In this document: positions 46,529 to 56,035 of the stretch, piece by piece
Numbering within the stretch: position 1 is the stretch's first letter
Layout: every line of letters starts with the position of its first letter
Virus record (IMG/VR): IMGVR_UViG_3300025098_000052
Coordinates: 1-56,035 of that record
Reading direction: 5' to 3' (one strand)
DNA: 56,035 bases
Source of the DNA: a virus
Taxonomy: Duplodnaviria; Caudoviricetes
The notes under the pieces: model-generated
The model's input: only the letters and a program-made list of their open reading frames with translations
The model's database searches: none
What the model was told of the DNA's origin: nothing
Made by a program: the position numbers and the translations under genes

Positions 46529-46783
46529 TTATTTACCCATTGTCATCCATACCGCACCTGCAATAAATGTCAGGACTCCAACGGTAGATACTTTTACTAA
46601 TGTTGACCATATTGATCTACGTGTATCACGCCACGCTTCTATTAAGTTACGCATCTCTAGTATATCTTTTTGTGCATCATCGTCAAGTAGACCGATAGAA
46701 CGCAGTGCCTCTTTAGCACCACGCCTAGCTGCGTTGTCTAGCATTGTCTCTATCTCTTCTGGGGTAAGCTTGATGTCACTCAC
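46529..46783 (-). CDS. DUF6127-like small membrane protein (start GTG 46783)
   Basis: AARRGAKEAL..IGL.D..A..DI.E.R.L.EAWR followed by a TM helix. Confidence 0.6.
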   Translation of the reverse strand: MSDIKLTPEEIETMLDNAARRGAKEALRSIGLLDDDAQKDILEMRNLIEAWRDTRRSIWSTLVKVSTVGVLTFIAGAVWMTMGK

Positions 46784-46784
46784 G

Positions 46785-48755
46785 TTATGATACACTCCCT
46801 TGAGTAATGAGTAACTTGGTAGCTGATAATGCTTTGCCAACCTCACGTCCTGAGACTGCTGTTGTGCTTAATGCAGCCGCATCAGTTAAGTAATAAGTTT
46901 GACCAACTGAAAGACTAGATTGACTTTCATTAATACCACCTAAAACATTAATCGTTCCAGTAGCTGAGTTAGATATTGCTGATGAAGCAAAACCTATCCA
47001 CTTAAAAAAGTTATCAACTCCTGTCGGTTGAGCCATACGTGCCATTCCTTTGGCACTATTACCTTCATCTCTGTAAGTAATTAAAATTTGATTACTGTCT
47101 GAATCAAATGCCAAAGCTATTCCAGAAAGATTTGCGTCATTAAAAGAAACACCAGTACCAAAAGTAATAGACGTACCACTTATCTCTCCAGAAGCTATTA
47201 AACCGTTGTTATAGGTGGCACTACTACTCTTATTGTCTTTATATGCAGCAAAAACTTTATTCAGGTTGGGGTCAAATATTAAAGCAGGAGAATTAAAAAA
47301 CTTATCAAAAATAGTAGTTGTTGATCCAAAACTGATAGACGTACCACTTACAGTGCCAACAACGGCATTAAATACGCTACCATCAGTTGTATCGTTAAAT
47401 CCAATAACAGCTTTATTAGCATTACTGTCAAATACTATACTTGCTGTTCCACCATTTCCAGTAGTATACTTAACGGCTGTTCCAAAACTAATTGATGTAC
47501 CACTGACCGTACCAACAATTGCTTTTCCGTCATCGTCATCGTTATCATCTTTAAAAATAACTATGACTTTATTATTACTGCTATCGAATGTTATACCAGC
47601 AGGTTCAGATTGATTATTTACAACTATTGTTTCCGAACCAAAGCTGATACTTGTACCAGAAACAGTTCCTACTTTAGCTCTCGTTTTAACACCACCATCA
47701 CTTAATTTGTACGTAAGTACAACTTTATTACTGTTGCTATCAAATGTAAGGTGATTGTTATTGTAACCAGTTCCACCACTGTGAACTTGAACAAGACTTC
47801 CAAAACTAATAGACGTGCCGCTGACCGTACCCACAACAGCCTTTATTTTATCATCACTGTTATCTTTAAATGCTGCTACAACTTTATTACTATTGCTGTC
47901 AAAAGTTGCAGTATAGCCTGTCATATTATTAGTACTTATTTGTGTCGGAGTTCCAAAACTAATTGATGTACCACTGACCGTACCCACAACTCCAAAAGGT
48001 CTACTTGAATTACCAGAAGATAAATAAATAATTACAATTTTATTGGAGTTGGTATCGTACACAGGAGCAAATTCGTCACACGTGCTACCATCTATTTCTG
48101 CTTCTGCCCCTACAAAGCCAGAAGTTACACTAACAGTTCCGTCTGAATTAAGAGACACAAGAGCACCATTAGCAATAGCACCAGAAGCTACAGCATCAAA
48201 TTGACCACCACCTCCTGCAGGGTCTGCAAAGCTAACTGCACCAGAACCATTAGTAGTAAGTATCTGACCTGAAGATCCATCTGAAGTAGGATAAGTAGCA
48301 CCACCTATTGTTACAGTTCCAGTAAATGTTGGTCCTGATGTAGGAGCTTTTGTTGTTACAGAGTTTATGTCAGATGCACTGACCGTTACACCGTCCATCT
48401 TGTTTAACTCTGCAGCCGTAGCTGTTACTGCTACACCACCTATCTGTAGGGCTGTAGAGGCATTGACAGTAGGAGCAGTAGCAGTACCAGTAAACGTTGG
48501 GCTTGCTACAGGAGCTTTGGTATCCATCTGTGTCTGCACATTAGATGTAACACCATCAACATAGTTAAGCTCTGCAGTGGTAGCAGTGACGCCATCCATC
48601 AGGTTTAACTCTGCTGCAGTTGCAGTTACTCCATCTAGTATGTTTAGTTCTGCTGCTGTAGCATTAACACCTGTCAATTCAGCAGGAGCTACTGCACCGT
48701 CAGCAAGTATATTTCCAGTAGCAACTACGTTTGCTAAATCTCTAGGTTTACCCAT
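46785..48755 (-). CDS. Fibre/spike protein: AELN stalk plus beta-propeller
   Basis: AELNxxDGVT repeats, then ~47-aa VGTVSGTSISFG repeats. Confidence 0.75.
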   Translation of the reverse strand: MGKPRDLANVVATGNILADGAVAPAELTGVNATAAELNILDGVTATAAELNLMDGVTATTAELNYVDGVTSNVQTQMDTKAPVASPTFTGTATAPTVNASTALQIGGVAVTATAAELNKMDGVTVSASDINSVTTKAPTSGPTFTGTVTIGGATYPTSDGSSGQILTTNGSGAVSFADPAGGGGQFDAVASGAIANGALVSLNSDGTVSVTSGFVGAEAEIDGSTCDEFAPVYDTNSNKIVIIYLSSGNSSRPFGVVGTVSGTSISFGTPTQISTNNMTGYTATFDSNSNKVVAAFKDNSDDKIKAVVGTVSGTSISFGSLVQVHSGGTGYNNNHLTFDSNSNKVVLTYKLSDGGVKTRAKVGTVSGTSISFGSETIVVNNQSEPAGITFDSSNNKVIVIFKDDNDDDDGKAIVGTVSGTSISFGTAVKYTTGNGGTASIVFDSNANKAVIGFNDTTDGSVFNAVVGTVSGTSISFGSTTTIFDKFFNSPALIFDPNLNKVFAAYKDNKSSSATYNNGLIASGEISGTSITFGTGVSFNDANLSGIALAFDSDSNQILITYRDEGNSAKGMARMAQPTGVDNFFKWIGFASSAISNSATGTINVLGGINESQSSLSVGQTYYLTDAAALSTTAVSGREVGKALSATKLLITQGSVS

Positions 48756-48781
48756 AATTATATATCCTTTACTTTAACTTA

Positions 48782-51343
48782 TCAAGTCTTAACTAGTAAC
48801 TCTGTTGCAGAGATAGCAGTCCCTGCCAGTACACTTGGCGTTGCAGCCGTTGTGCCTATCGTTCCGTTTGTTTGTACGAAATATTGTTGTCCTGGAGTTA
48901 GACCAATCTGGTTATCTGACACAGAGCCTATGATGTCCATTGATGCAGCTTGACCACTAGCTACTTCGGCTCTGGTGGTCTGTAAATAACTTGGTCTGTA
49001 AGTTATAGCTGTGCCGTAACTGCTATTACCTTCGTCTTTATAAAAAGCAACTGCTCTCCCATCGTTGCTGTCATAAACTGCACTTATAAAATTAACTGCT
49101 GCATTTTCAAACTCAGCACCAGTTGTAAAACTTACAGAAGTTCCTGATATAGTACCTACTACATACTCACCATTCTGTGAATTATTAATGTCCTCATAGA
49201 AAACTACAACCTTGTCAGCAGCAGAGTGATACACAGAAGAAACATTTGCAACATCATTACTTTCAAAAACGACAGAAGAACCAAAGGAAATAGACGTTCC
49301 ACTTATTGTTCCTACAATACCTTCACCGTCTCTTGAACCTGCACTACCCCCTTTTTTATAGCCAATAAAAACTTTGCTTGAACCTATATAATTTATAGAA
49401 CTTATAGCAGAGGTGCTTTCATATACTACAGGTGTTCCAAAAGAAATACTTGTACCAGAAATAGTTCCAACAACAGCAGTATTATAGCTAGAGTTTCCTC
49501 CATCCCCATAGGCAATAATTACTTTACCATTATCTGCGTCAAAAGTTGAGCTTGCATAATTAGCTTCACCATCAAAAGAGACACGACTTCCATAACTAAT
49601 ACTAGTTCCTGATATTGTACCTACTTTAACATATCCATAAGAACCTATACTGTATACAACAGCTACTTTATTATTAGTGCTGTCAAAAGTTATTGATGTA
49701 TGTGATCCTGAGCCAGTTGTATCTACGGCTGCTTCACTACCAAAGCTAATACTAGTTCCTGATACAGTACCTACTTTTGAGTATATTTTACTATCTGAAC
49801 CTTTTCTGTAAGCCACAACAAATTTCTGGTTAGAGCTATCGTATGCTGAAGATATATACTCTATTGAACCTGAATGAACTACCACTGCACTACCAAAAGA
49901 AATAGATCCGTTAGATACAGTTCCCACAATGGCTTCTAATTGTGAGGTAAGATAGAAAGCATTATGATAAAAAATTACTACTTTATTATTTGTGCTGTCA
50001 AAACTAGCACTAGATTCTCCCATTTCACTAGAATGAAATACAGTAGCTGATCCTAATGCTTCTGAGATACTTTCTTGAACAGCCACACCCCTAGATATAC
50101 CAATGTAGTTTTCTAAGGTGATGTTAGGCCCACTTGTTGTTATGACAGCAGAAGTGCCTTTTGAACCATTTGATCCATCTTGATAAGAAGTAACAACTTT
50201 TTCTTGGTCTGGATCATATACAACCCCACCATGCAAAAAGGCTGTACCTCCGCTCTCAAAAACAACAGGCGCACTAAAAGAAATACTAGTACCACTTACT
50301 GTTCCTGCAACCGCAGTACCTGCGCTTGAATTACCTCCATCATTATATACTAATACAATCTTTTGAACACCTGAGTCATACGTCATACCTGTACGAGCAG
50401 CTTCAGCTTCTAAAAAAACTACAGCAGTTCCAAAACTTATACTCGTACCTGACACTGTACCCACAATTGCAGTACCATAGTCAGAGTTACCATTGTCTAA
50501 ATATGCAATAACTACCTTTTGAGCATTTGAATCATATGCGGTAGATATTTGTTGAGTATTTCCAGCCTCAAACTCAGCAATACTTCCAAAGCTTATTGAC
50601 GTCCCACTTACTGTGCCTACAATAGCTTTGCCTTTATTGCTATCACCACTATCTTGATAAGCTATTACAACTTTATTGTTAGTGCTATCAAATGCTGCTG
50701 ATATGTAATTAGTTTCTCCACTTTCAAATGCAGTCTCTGAGCCAAACGAAATGCTTGTCCCACTAACAGTTCCAACTATCGCAGTACCTGCGCTTGAATT
50801 GCCAACATCTCTGTAAGCAATAACTACCTTTTGAGCATTTGAATCATAAACAACTGAAGTATAAATAGTATATGCACTATTAAAAACTACAGGCGTACCA
50901 AAGCTAATGCTTGTTCCGCTTACAGTTCCTACCACAGCCGTACCATAATCAGAATTACTTTGGTCATGGTAGGCTATTACAACTTTTCCAGAGTTGGCAT
51001 CAAAAGCCATTTGAAAATAGTCACTATTTCCACTTTCAAATGCAGCCTCACTACCAAAACTTATTGATGTGCCACTTACTGTGCCAACAACCGCATAACC
51101 TGTGCTAGTACGCATATAGGCTATGACAACTTTATTATTGGTAGTATCATAAACAGAAGCTACATAGCTACTATCAGAGTCTCTAAAAAGAACAGGAGTA
51201 CCTGCGCTTGGTGCGCCACCAGTAGAAGCAACAACACTCACAGTTCCATCAGCATTAACTACCACTGGCTTACCGCTTGGCAGTGTGCCACTGGCTACCG
51301 CTTTGAACTCACCACTCTCTTCAGCACCTATACGTTTTAGCAT
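48782..51343 (-). CDS. Double beta-propeller spike/receptor-binding protein
   Basis: Two blocks of VGT[VI]SGTSISFG repeats. Confidence 0.75.
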   Translation of the reverse strand: MLKRIGAEESGEFKAVASGTLPSGKPVVVNADGTVSVVASTGGAPSAGTPVLFRDSDSSYVASVYDTTNNKVVIAYMRTSTGYAVVGTVSGTSISFGSEAAFESGNSDYFQMAFDANSGKVVIAYHDQSNSDYGTAVVGTVSGTSISFGTPVVFNSAYTIYTSVVYDSNAQKVVIAYRDVGNSSAGTAIVGTVSGTSISFGSETAFESGETNYISAAFDSTNNKVVIAYQDSGDSNKGKAIVGTVSGTSISFGSIAEFEAGNTQQISTAYDSNAQKVVIAYLDNGNSDYGTAIVGTVSGTSISFGTAVVFLEAEAARTGMTYDSGVQKIVLVYNDGGNSSAGTAVAGTVSGTSISFSAPVVFESGGTAFLHGGVVYDPDQEKVVTSYQDGSNGSKGTSAVITTSGPNITLENYIGISRGVAVQESISEALGSATVFHSSEMGESSASFDSTNNKVVIFYHNAFYLTSQLEAIVGTVSNGSISFGSAVVVHSGSIEYISSAYDSSNQKFVVAYRKGSDSKIYSKVGTVSGTSISFGSEAAVDTTGSGSHTSITFDSTNNKVAVVYSIGSYGYVKVGTISGTSISYGSRVSFDGEANYASSTFDADNGKVIIAYGDGGNSSYNTAVVGTISGTSISFGTPVVYESTSAISSINYIGSSKVFIGYKKGGSAGSRDGEGIVGTISGTSISFGSSVVFESNDVANVSSVYHSAADKVVVFYEDINNSQNGEYVVGTISGTSVSFTTGAEFENAAVNFISAVYDSNDGRAVAFYKDEGNSSYGTAITYRPSYLQTTRAEVASGQAASMDIIGSVSDNQIGLTPGQQYFVQTNGTIGTTAATPSVLAGTAISATELLVKT

Positions 51344-51345
51344 AG

Positions 51346-52827
51346 TTACCCTTTCACTATTAATTTAGTTGCTGACACAGCCGTACCTGCGAATACGCTA
51401 GGACTAGCAGCCGTTGTACCTAGTGTGCCATCAGTCTGAACGTAGTAGCTTTGCCCTGGTGTCAGCCCTGATAGGTTGTCAGCTATCGCACCTTGCGTGT
51501 CTATGATAGCACCTGCACCATCTGCTGCACCGCTACGAGCTATGCCGATATAGTTTTCTGAGGTGAGGTTTTGTGCTGTACCTGCAATAGTAAAGACAGT
51601 AACATATCCAATTTCGCCATTAGACTGATCATCATATGCTATAACAACTCTTTTTGATCCAGAGTCGTACACTGTAGTATGCTTACTAGCCGATGCATCA
51701 TTTGGCCCAAAGTCATCCTCTGTATTAAAACTTATAGACGTACCACTAACTGTTCCTATAATAAATTTACGAAGGTTTGTTCCACTAACGTTTGCTTTGT
51801 AAGATATAAAAACTTTACCTACGTTTTCATCAAACACTACACCCATATCAGCAGATACAGACTCACCATCAAAATTTACAGCAGTGCCTGTAGATATGGA
51901 TGTACCACTTACTGTACCTACAACAGCGTGAGATCCATCACCACTTTCATTCCATGTAAAAATCATCTTATCATTTTTTGTATCATATGCAGATCTTCCG
52001 TAATTTGGAATTTCATTTGCTGCACTAGAAGTTGGGCTTATTTGGTTAGCTGATCCGAATGAAACAGATGTACCACTAATTGTTGCTATTCTCGCCTCTG
52101 TTTGTGAAGAAGGATAACTGCCACTAGCTTTATAGTATACACAAAACTTACCTGCTGTTGTTATATAAGATACTGATACGTTTCCTGCACTTGAAGAGTA
52201 TTCTACATAACTTCCAAAGCTAATACTTGTCCCAGACACAGTTGCGACATTTGCTCTACCTGATGATCCTGTTCTATAGGTAATTAAAAGTTTTTCATCT
52301 GTAGGGCTGTATGTGGCTGTGTTGCTTACAACATTGGTTGCAGATGAATACACAACAGGAGTACCAAAAGATATAGACGTACCGCTGATTGTTCCGACTA
52401 CGGCTGTTCCGTAATTACTATTACCTTCATCTTTGTAAGCAATAACTATTTTATTATTTGCAACGTCATGCGCTATACTACCGTGTTTAACTTTAACACC
52501 TGCTGATTCAAAAACTGCAGTAGATCCAAATGAGACTGAGTTATTGCTAGGGTCTATTGTACCAACTTTAGCACTACCATATTTACTGTTACTTTCATCT
52601 GCCCACGCAACAACAATCTTGTTATTTGTACTATCATAGCCAACGCCACCATCAAATTGTGATGAGAAGTTTACTGCTGTTCCCTCTAGAAAACTTACAC
52701 TTCCTGCTGAAGGACCAACTGTACCATCAGTATTTACAACAACAGGAGCACCATTAGTTATAGCACCACTAGCTACAGCGTGTTCCTGTCTTGGTAAATT
52801 CTGATCGTTGCCTATGACACGCAGCAT
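51346..52827 (-). CDS. Beta-propeller spike paralogue
   Basis: Same repeats and same N/C flanks. Confidence 0.75.
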   Translation of the reverse strand: MLRVIGNDQNLPRQEHAVASGAITNGAPVVVNTDGTVGPSAGSVSFLEGTAVNFSSQFDGGVGYDSTNNKIVVAWADESNSKYGSAKVGTIDPSNNSVSFGSTAVFESAGVKVKHGSIAHDVANNKIVIAYKDEGNSNYGTAVVGTISGTSISFGTPVVYSSATNVVSNTATYSPTDEKLLITYRTGSSGRANVATVSGTSISFGSYVEYSSSAGNVSVSYITTAGKFCVYYKASGSYPSSQTEARIATISGTSVSFGSANQISPTSSAANEIPNYGRSAYDTKNDKMIFTWNESGDGSHAVVGTVSGTSISTGTAVNFDGESVSADMGVVFDENVGKVFISYKANVSGTNLRKFIIGTVSGTSISFNTEDDFGPNDASASKHTTVYDSGSKRVVIAYDDQSNGEIGYVTVFTIAGTAQNLTSENYIGIARSGAADGAGAIIDTQGAIADNLSGLTPGQSYYVQTDGTLGTTAASPSVFAGTAVSATKLIVKG

Positions 52828-52832
52828 TATGT

Positions 52833-53096
52833 TTACTCTCCGTCATCCTTTGAAGGGTCTACCCAATCAGGATTATCTGACCAAGTTGTGCCATCTAACT
52901 TATACTTGTTACCTGTCCAATCGCTTGGTGCGTTGGTTACGTTCTCAGTAATAGTCGTGTTGCCACTGTTGAGATCAGCGATAATAAACTGGGCAGGATC
53001 TCCTACTGTGATATTATCTGATGTTGCTGTAATTTTTACGTCATCTGCAATTAGATACTTACATAATTTAGTTGATGTTTCTACGATAGTTTTCAT
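52833..53096 (-). CDS. Small tail-associated protein (fibre chaperone-like)
   Basis: P.DW.GNKY..DGTTW..NPDW; located inside the spike array. Confidence 0.5.
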   Translation of the reverse strand: MKTIVETSTKLCKYLIADDVKITATSDNITVGDPAQFIIADLNSGNTTITENVTNAPSDWTGNKYKLDGTTWSDNPDWVDPSKDDGE

Positions 53097-53099
53097 TCT

Positions 53100-54527
53100 T
53101 TAACCTTTCACTATTAGTTCCGTAGCTGATATAGCAGTCCCTGCTGTTACTGAGGGACTCCCTGCTGATGTTCCAAGTGTGCCATTAGCTTGCACAAAAT
53201 ATGTTTGACCTGCTGTAAGGCCGCTTTGGTTTCTGTCTATTGTGTTAGTTGTGTTTATTGCGGCACTTTGAGTGGTTGCAAATGCACCGTCTGAGAAACC
53301 TAAAAAGTTTTCTGAGGTGAGGTTGGTTGAGCTAGGTGCAAACAAAGCTGCTTTTGATGAAAAGGGATCGGAGCTTTCTCGATAAGAAATAATAACCTGA
53401 TTTGTATCGCTATCGTAAGCCATATACTGTTCGTCAGAAGTGGAATCAGATACATCAATCTGACTACCAAAAGTAAAAGTTGTTCCACTTAAAGTTGCCG
53501 TTTTTATTTTAGTTTTATATCCATCTGTTTGATCGTGATATAAAACTGCGTGTTTTCCTGCTGTAGAAGCATATACTGCCCAATCTAATCGTGCCTCAAA
53601 ATCTGCAAATATTTGCTCTGAACCATAACTTAGATCAGTCCCACTTATAGTTGCTGCAATTACGGTTCCTTTTTGGGAGTTAGCCGCATCTTGGTAAAAC
53701 ACTGCAATTTTATTCTCAACAGAATCATAGGACGCTGAAATATAAGCAGTAGTAGAATTAAAAGTATACCAACTCCCTTGACTCCAAGTTGTGCCACTAA
53801 TAGTTATAACAACCCCACGACCTTGATTGCCATTTGCTGAATCCCTAAAAAACAAACCAATTTTTCCAGCAACAGGGTCATATGCCCCTGCAGGATAAGG
53901 AGCGCCTCCCGAACTCCAAGTACCATAGCCAGTATACGTTATAGATGTTCCACTTACAGTGGCTACATACCCTGTGCCTGTGTATGCGTTTGATCCATCC
54001 CTGTAGAAAACAAAAAACTTATCATTTCCACTATCGTAAACAACTCGATTGTTTATGGATAAACCTGAGTTATACACGACTTCTGTGCCAAAACTTATAG
54101 AGGTTCCACTTACGGTTCCAACAACCCCTGTTCCGTAACTAGAATTTCCCTCGTCTTCATAGACAATAAATATTTTACCGTTGCCAAAAGCTATACCAAG
54201 GTGATCAGATCCACCCCCATTAAATTGAACAGGTGTCCCAAAAGAAATTGTTGACCCACTAACTGTGCCGACTACAGCATAACCTAAACCATCAACATTG
54301 TTGCCATAAGCTATAACTACTTTATTGTTTGTTGTGTCATAGGCTACAGCAGGTCTATCTGAAGAGTCAACGTCAACTGTTACAGCAGAACCTAAACTAT
54401 CTGAACCTAATGCAACAACACTCACAGTCCCATCAGCGTTCACAACAACAGCCGAACCATCAGTTAAATTACCAGAAGCTACTGCCCTGACTTGACCATC
54501 TTTAGCAATGTTACCAAAAGATTTCAT
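53100..54527 (-). CDS. Beta-propeller spike paralogue
   Basis: Same repeats and same N/C flanks. Confidence 0.75.
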   Translation of the reverse strand: MKSFGNIAKDGQVRAVASGNLTDGSAVVVNADGTVSVVALGSDSLGSAVTVDVDSSDRPAVAYDTTNNKVVIAYGNNVDGLGYAVVGTVSGSTISFGTPVQFNGGGSDHLGIAFGNGKIFIVYEDEGNSSYGTGVVGTVSGTSISFGTEVVYNSGLSINNRVVYDSGNDKFFVFYRDGSNAYTGTGYVATVSGTSITYTGYGTWSSGGAPYPAGAYDPVAGKIGLFFRDSANGNQGRGVVITISGTTWSQGSWYTFNSTTAYISASYDSVENKIAVFYQDAANSQKGTVIAATISGTDLSYGSEQIFADFEARLDWAVYASTAGKHAVLYHDQTDGYKTKIKTATLSGTTFTFGSQIDVSDSTSDEQYMAYDSDTNQVIISYRESSDPFSSKAALFAPSSTNLTSENFLGFSDGAFATTQSAAINTTNTIDRNQSGLTAGQTYFVQANGTLGTSAGSPSVTAGTAISATELIVKG

Positions 54528-54889
54528 TAAGCGTCATCAATCTCTTCATATGAAAGAACAGCAGACAAATCCCCTGCTGCACTAGCTTGTATCTTAAGTA
54601 TGTCACCCTCATTTAAATACAGCCCCATGTTCTTATCTATGGGTAGCAATGTGCTATCAGCCGATACTGTGATTGTTTTAGCTATGTAGTAATCTACACT
54701 TGATCGTGTAATCCACACAGATATATCAGCAGAGTTAGTGCCATCTATATTAGCTATAATTAACGAATTAATTTTACATAGTTTATCTGATGCACACGTT
54801 AATAAACTAACTGCGCTTGCAGCAACATCAGCATCTAGAACTGTTTGAGCTGAGATACTGCTTACTGCGACTACATTTGGATTTGCCAT
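54527..54889 (-). CDS. Small beta-sandwich fibre-associated (connector-like) protein
   Basis: MANPN.V.V...IANIDGTN.ADI...YL.EGD pattern; follows the fibre gene. Confidence 0.6.
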   Translation of the reverse strand: MANPNVVAVSSISAQTVLDADVAASAVSLLTCASDKLCKINSLIIANIDGTNSADISVWITRSSVDYYIAKTITVSADSTLLPIDKNMGLYLNEGDILKIQASAAGDLSAVLSYEEIDDA

Positions 54890-54904
54890 TAAAAAACTCC
54901 TTTA

Positions 54905-56035
54905 TTATCCAAATACCATTGCCATAGCAATTGCTTTACCAGTTGTTGCTTTAGCGTCTAATTGGGTTTGTATTGCAGAGGTTACACCGTCTACATAATT
55001 TAATTCAGTAGCAGTCGCTGTAACTCCATCAAGAATATTAAGCTCTGCTGCTGTAGATGTAACCCCATCTAAAATATTTAACTCAGCAGTTGTAGCTGTA
55101 ACACCATCCATAATGTTTAGCTCAGAAGCTGTAGCAGTTACACTAAGATCACTTAAACTTGAGACAGTAGCTCTTACGTCAATCTCTCCACCCATGCCAC
55201 TGTGGTTTGTACAATAGTAGTACAATGTATCTGGGGCATCTTGTTCTAGTTTAACTTCTGTGTAAGCTCCTGCAGAACCTGGAGTACCTACCGCTGTTAC
55301 ACCTGTAGTAAATGCACTACCACCACCATGAGTACCGTTTGAAGTTGTACTTAAACGTAGTGGGTGTCCTGAGTTAGAACTGTCTGACTGATCAAACCTA
55401 TATGTTACTGAAGGTGTAAGTAAAGCTAATTGTTGAATAGAACCGTCAAGAGCATATTTATTACCACCAGAGTTTACAACGGTAACTGCAATTGTTGCAT
55501 AAGGTTGTTTAGCATCTATCTGAGTTTGTACATTTGATGTTACTCCATCAACATAATTTAGTTCAGCAGTTGATGCAGTCACACCGTCAAGTAAATTAAG
55601 TTCAGCAGCGGTAGAGGTAACACCTAAATTAGTAAGGGCTGTAGCGGCACTTGTTAAATCAGATAAGTTATTTGACTCTAGTAGATAACGATCATCGGCT
55701 TCTGTTTTAGTATAGTGTGTAGCTAGAGTAAACGTTCCATAAGCTACAATATCTACAATATCTCCTGCTGTAGCACCTGATGCCAGTACAACTGCTGTAC
55801 CTGATGTAGCGGTAAAATCTGTACCTAATAAAAGTTTTACACCGTTGAGGTAAACATCTACAAAACCTGCGTCATAGGTTATACTAAATGTAGTTTGATT
55901 ACTTGTGGCTGTATAAGTTTGTCTTGATGTAGTTCCGTTTACTGATGAACCTGCAGCAGTAAAACCAGAACCACCATATACCTGCATAGAGTTTGAGGTA
56001 GTATTAAAGTAGAGAGTTCCTACTTGAAGAGCATC
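54905..56035 (-). CDS. Tail fibre C-terminal part (allele B, 5'-truncated) with a cupredoxin-like insert
   Basis: Frame open to the window end; identical to allele A in shared parts; insert has GHPL...YYYCTNHSGMGG. Confidence 0.85.
   Translation of the reverse strand, partial: DALQVGTLYFNTTSNSMQVYGGSGFTAAGSSVNGTTSRQTYTATSNQTTFSITYDAGFVDVYLNGVKLLLGTDFTATSGTAVVLASGATAGDIVDIVAYGTFTLATHYTKTEADDRYLLESNNLSDLTSAATALTNLGVTSTAAELNLLDGVTASTAELNYVDGVTSNVQTQIDAKQPYATIAVTVVNSGGNKYALDGSIQQLALLTPSVTYRFDQSDSSNSGHPLRLSTTSNGTHGGGSAFTTGVTAVGTPGSAGAYTEVKLEQDAPDTLYYYCTNHSGMGGEIDVRATVSSLSDLSVTATASELNIMDGVTATTAELNILDGVTSTAAELNILDGVTATATELNYVDGVTSAIQTQLDAKATTGKAIAMAMVFG

Larger units (their letters stand above)
1..56035. 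mobile_element. HMO-2011-type marine podovirus genome (circularly permuted, near complete)
   Basis: Portal, TerL, MCP, scaffold and tail genes; integrase, primase, helicase, PolA with DnaJ-type CxxCxGxG insert, class II RNR; no RNAP; window ends overlap; no host genes. Confidence 0.9.

Noticed and set aside
54898-56035. True direct terminal repeat of the virion DNA
   Set aside because: The copies fall inside a gene, differ by SNPs and a 318-bp module, and the exact overlap is 127 nt; allelic assembly is more likely
46785-56035. Diversity-generating retroelement or shufflon acting on the fibres
   Set aside because: No reverse transcriptase, the differences are not adenine-specific, and no inverted cassettes or adjacent invertase are present

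Overview
This window is an essentially complete, circularly permuted genome (~54.9-55.2 kb unique) of a marine podovirus of the HMO-2011 type. The main evidence is a family A DNA polymerase with a DnaJ-like Zn-finger insert, the order integrase-primase-helicase-PolA, a class II RNR, MazG, and no RNA polymerase. The host is probably an alphaproteobacterium, likely Rhodobacterales (inferred from DUF1127, DUF6127-like and PhaR-like motifs). The + strand (17.7-35.3 kb) carries early, replication and nucleotide-metabolism genes. The - strand carries packaging, head, tail, ejection and lysis genes, reading 16.7 kb -> 1 and then 56 kb -> 35.3 kb. The two window ends hold two different alleles of the same tail-fibre C-terminus, one with an extra cupredoxin-like (type-1 copper) module. 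Main observations: (1) an unannotated minus-strand hairpin RNA exposing an anti-Shine-Dalgarno CCUCCUCCC ('cuckoo') loop, plus an unannotated DUF1127 small protein with its own promoter; (2) a control region with several repeated operator-like motifs and a 22-bp perfect inverted repeat 4.1 kb away; (3) a recurring RNA internal loop in the scaffold and capsid leaders; (4) an array of four beta-propeller paralogues. All family calls come from motif recognition, not database searches.
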